Of a DNA stretch of 64,000 nt, positions 62,031-64,000 are shown in pieces (the stretch's first letter is position 1; every line of letters starts with the position of its first letter). Origin of the DNA: Eimeria praecox (lineage: Eukaryota); assembly GCA_963920595.1 (NCBI GenBank), contig OY986947.1, positions 6,324,001 through 6,388,000 on the forward strand. Reading direction: 5' to 3'. Below the pieces are notes generated by a model. It was not told the origin of the DNA. It saw only the letters and a list, made by a program, of their open reading frames with translations, and made no database searches. Made by a program: the position numbers and the translations under genes.

Positions 62031-64000
62031 AACTTACTTCCAAATATGTTGCGGGTATACTCGGTTTTATGCCCAGCGGAGTGGACGATGTGCGAGCTGA
62101 TTACAGGCGTGGGCGCAGTGGGAACTGCTTCCTAGCATTAAATATTCGTTTTGGTGGTGACAGCGGCGTGCATGACGGGATGGAAGAGATCACTCACTGC
62201 CTTGAAGCACAGATGATGCCTGCTGCTGGCATGGTAGTCGTGCGCCATGTAAATCGTTCACGCCCCATGTTGCGATCTGGAAATAAGCGTGCAGAAAAGC
62301 AATCAGTGTGTGCATTAGGCGTTAACAAAAGAAGGATGCTGCACGGGTAGCCCGGCAGCAGTGGTCGGAAATGTACTTGGAGGTAGCAGATTGGATACAG
62401 ATGCCCTGCAGTGCTTTGGAATTGTGTTGGCAAGACTAAGGCGGGAACCCGCCCGCTTCAAGCTGGCTCAGGTGTTCCCCGAGCCTTGCAGTTGTTCGTA
62501 GTGCACCTGTGGAGCTTCTGTAATCACACGCGTTTCATCAGTGCGGTTTATTGAGGGTCAAATTGTTGTCATGCCCACTTATGGCATCCAAGGTCGGCAC
62601 GTGAACAGCGTTCGCGGGTTGCCTGGGTTGCCTGCCAAGAGAAGTATGCTTGTCTCCCTTGGTGACTAATAGAAGCTGCACGAGTGCCTTGAGTGCTCTA
62701 CCGAGGAAGTGGCAAGGGGTCAGGCCAAAGGTGCTGGCCTAATTACGCTCGTAGAGGTATGACTTATGATAAACGGAGTACAGGAATGAGCGCTTGGGAG
62801 ACGAGGTGCAAGGGCTTTGAACGGTTTGTCGCCCCTACCTATGCATAACTACGAAAGCAAAACTGGTTGGAATCTGTTGCGCTTCGTCACAATGTTGTGC
62901 CACCACCACATAGAGACTGAACCCTCATTCTTGGTGTGCAAGTCGCAGCTGTTGGACTTGAGTATTATTCGGTTAGCTGTTTTAACATAATGGGATCAGT
63001 AATGCGTTGCGAGCGTCTCGTTAGGAGAGAGGCTGCTTGGGCCTGACAATTTCTGTTGGGATGGGGGTGCAGAATATTCGTGGCGCGGCCTGTGTGATCG
63101 CTTTTGCCGAGTTACACTGGGCTAGGCGAGGTTGCTTGAGTGCAAAGAAGGGAAAGACAGGTTGGAAGGCCCTACATGACGGATTCTGAGGGGCATGAGC
63201 AGCATGCAGTTTCCTCATGTGCTATGCACGGGCAGGACAAACAGTCGTTGCATTATGGAGGCATTAGCATCCGCGCCGAACTATTAAAATGTAGCAAATA
63301 ATGATTTAGCGCAAGCACAGCTTACGCTTGCATGCATAGTGTGATCTAGGATAGCGCGGCGCCTTGCTGCATGGCAAATAGATGTGGCCCAAACAAGCGC
63401 ATTAGTTTTGATATTCTGGAACTCGAGCGGTTAGGCACAAGTAACACTTCAAAACCAACAGCCAGTGCGTGCCATGCTTCGCGCGAGGCGCCTGTGGAGC
63501 GCAACGTCACCAGTGATAAGCAAAAAAGCGCATTTATATTTTGTTGCAAGGAAGAAGAGGCCAACATGCATTTTCTAACCATTTTCACAGGGCATGATGG
63601 ACAGTCGAATGATGCGATCCACTGAATTAGCTAGGTAGCTTGTATCTCGAGTTTTGTAGATTGGTTTTATGCTTACTATAACATCGCCTGCAGCGCATGG
63701 TAGACGCTTCCATGTTGTTATAGGTACAGCATTGAGAGCGACCTTCTGTGGGGGCCCTGGGTAAGTAAGCTTGTTGCTACATATTTTGATCATAAAGTGC
63801 AATTTTGGCCTTAACGGTCATGCGGATGGTGACACGTAACTCGGGTCATTACGTTTGGATATGGTTGAATGTATTGGTGCCTGGCGGAACACTTAATCCA
63901 AGTAGCTCTGCCATCTTGGACAGGCCGCTGAACAAGTGGCCAGGCGGAAGCGGTGCATCGTGCGCTGCCAGCCAGTACGCCCTGTATTGGTGCTTTAAGT
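59877..64000 (+). repeat. Segmental duplication copy 2 (runs off the window end)
   Basis: Matches 40960-45069, and the last bases tgctttaagt equal 45060-45069. Confidence 0.97.

Noticed and set aside
40960..64000. The direct repeats as LTRs of a retrotransposon
   Set aside because: They are >=4.1 kb with no clear TG...CA ends, PBS or gag/RT/integrase motifs in the 15 kb between them, and the left boundary fades into older homology.

Overview
Eukaryotic genomic DNA, most likely a coccidian apicomplexan (Eimeria-like). This rests on CAG/CTG runs giving poly-A/Q tracts, scattered AAACCCT telomere-like heptamers, TGCATGCA octamers, (TA)n tracts and intron-dense genes. The left part (1 to about 26 kb) is repeat-rich and gene-dense. 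It holds a condensin SMC2 gene (- strand, 26 exons traced by hand, last exon outside the window), a 10-exon tubulin-folding cofactor C gene (-), a 3-exon probable Faf1-like ribosome-biogenesis gene (-) and, head-to-head with it, a long intronless alanine-rich gene with helical-repeat-like motifs (+) that spans a spurious 200-N gap. At least three introns in these genes appear to need GC-AG splicing. The right part (about 26-64 kb) is CAG-poor and has no long ORFs. It holds the first exon of a signal-peptide/TM/RRLA protein, a 3 x 350-bp tandem repeat, three clusters of a degenerate 'leader + ~0.6-0.9 kb module' repeat family, a >=4.1-kb recent duplication with mosaic identity that contains a template-switch hairpin, and scattered candidate small exons. 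No rRNA, tRNA, CRISPR array or recognisable transposase/RT ORF was seen. All alignments and exon chains were done by eye.
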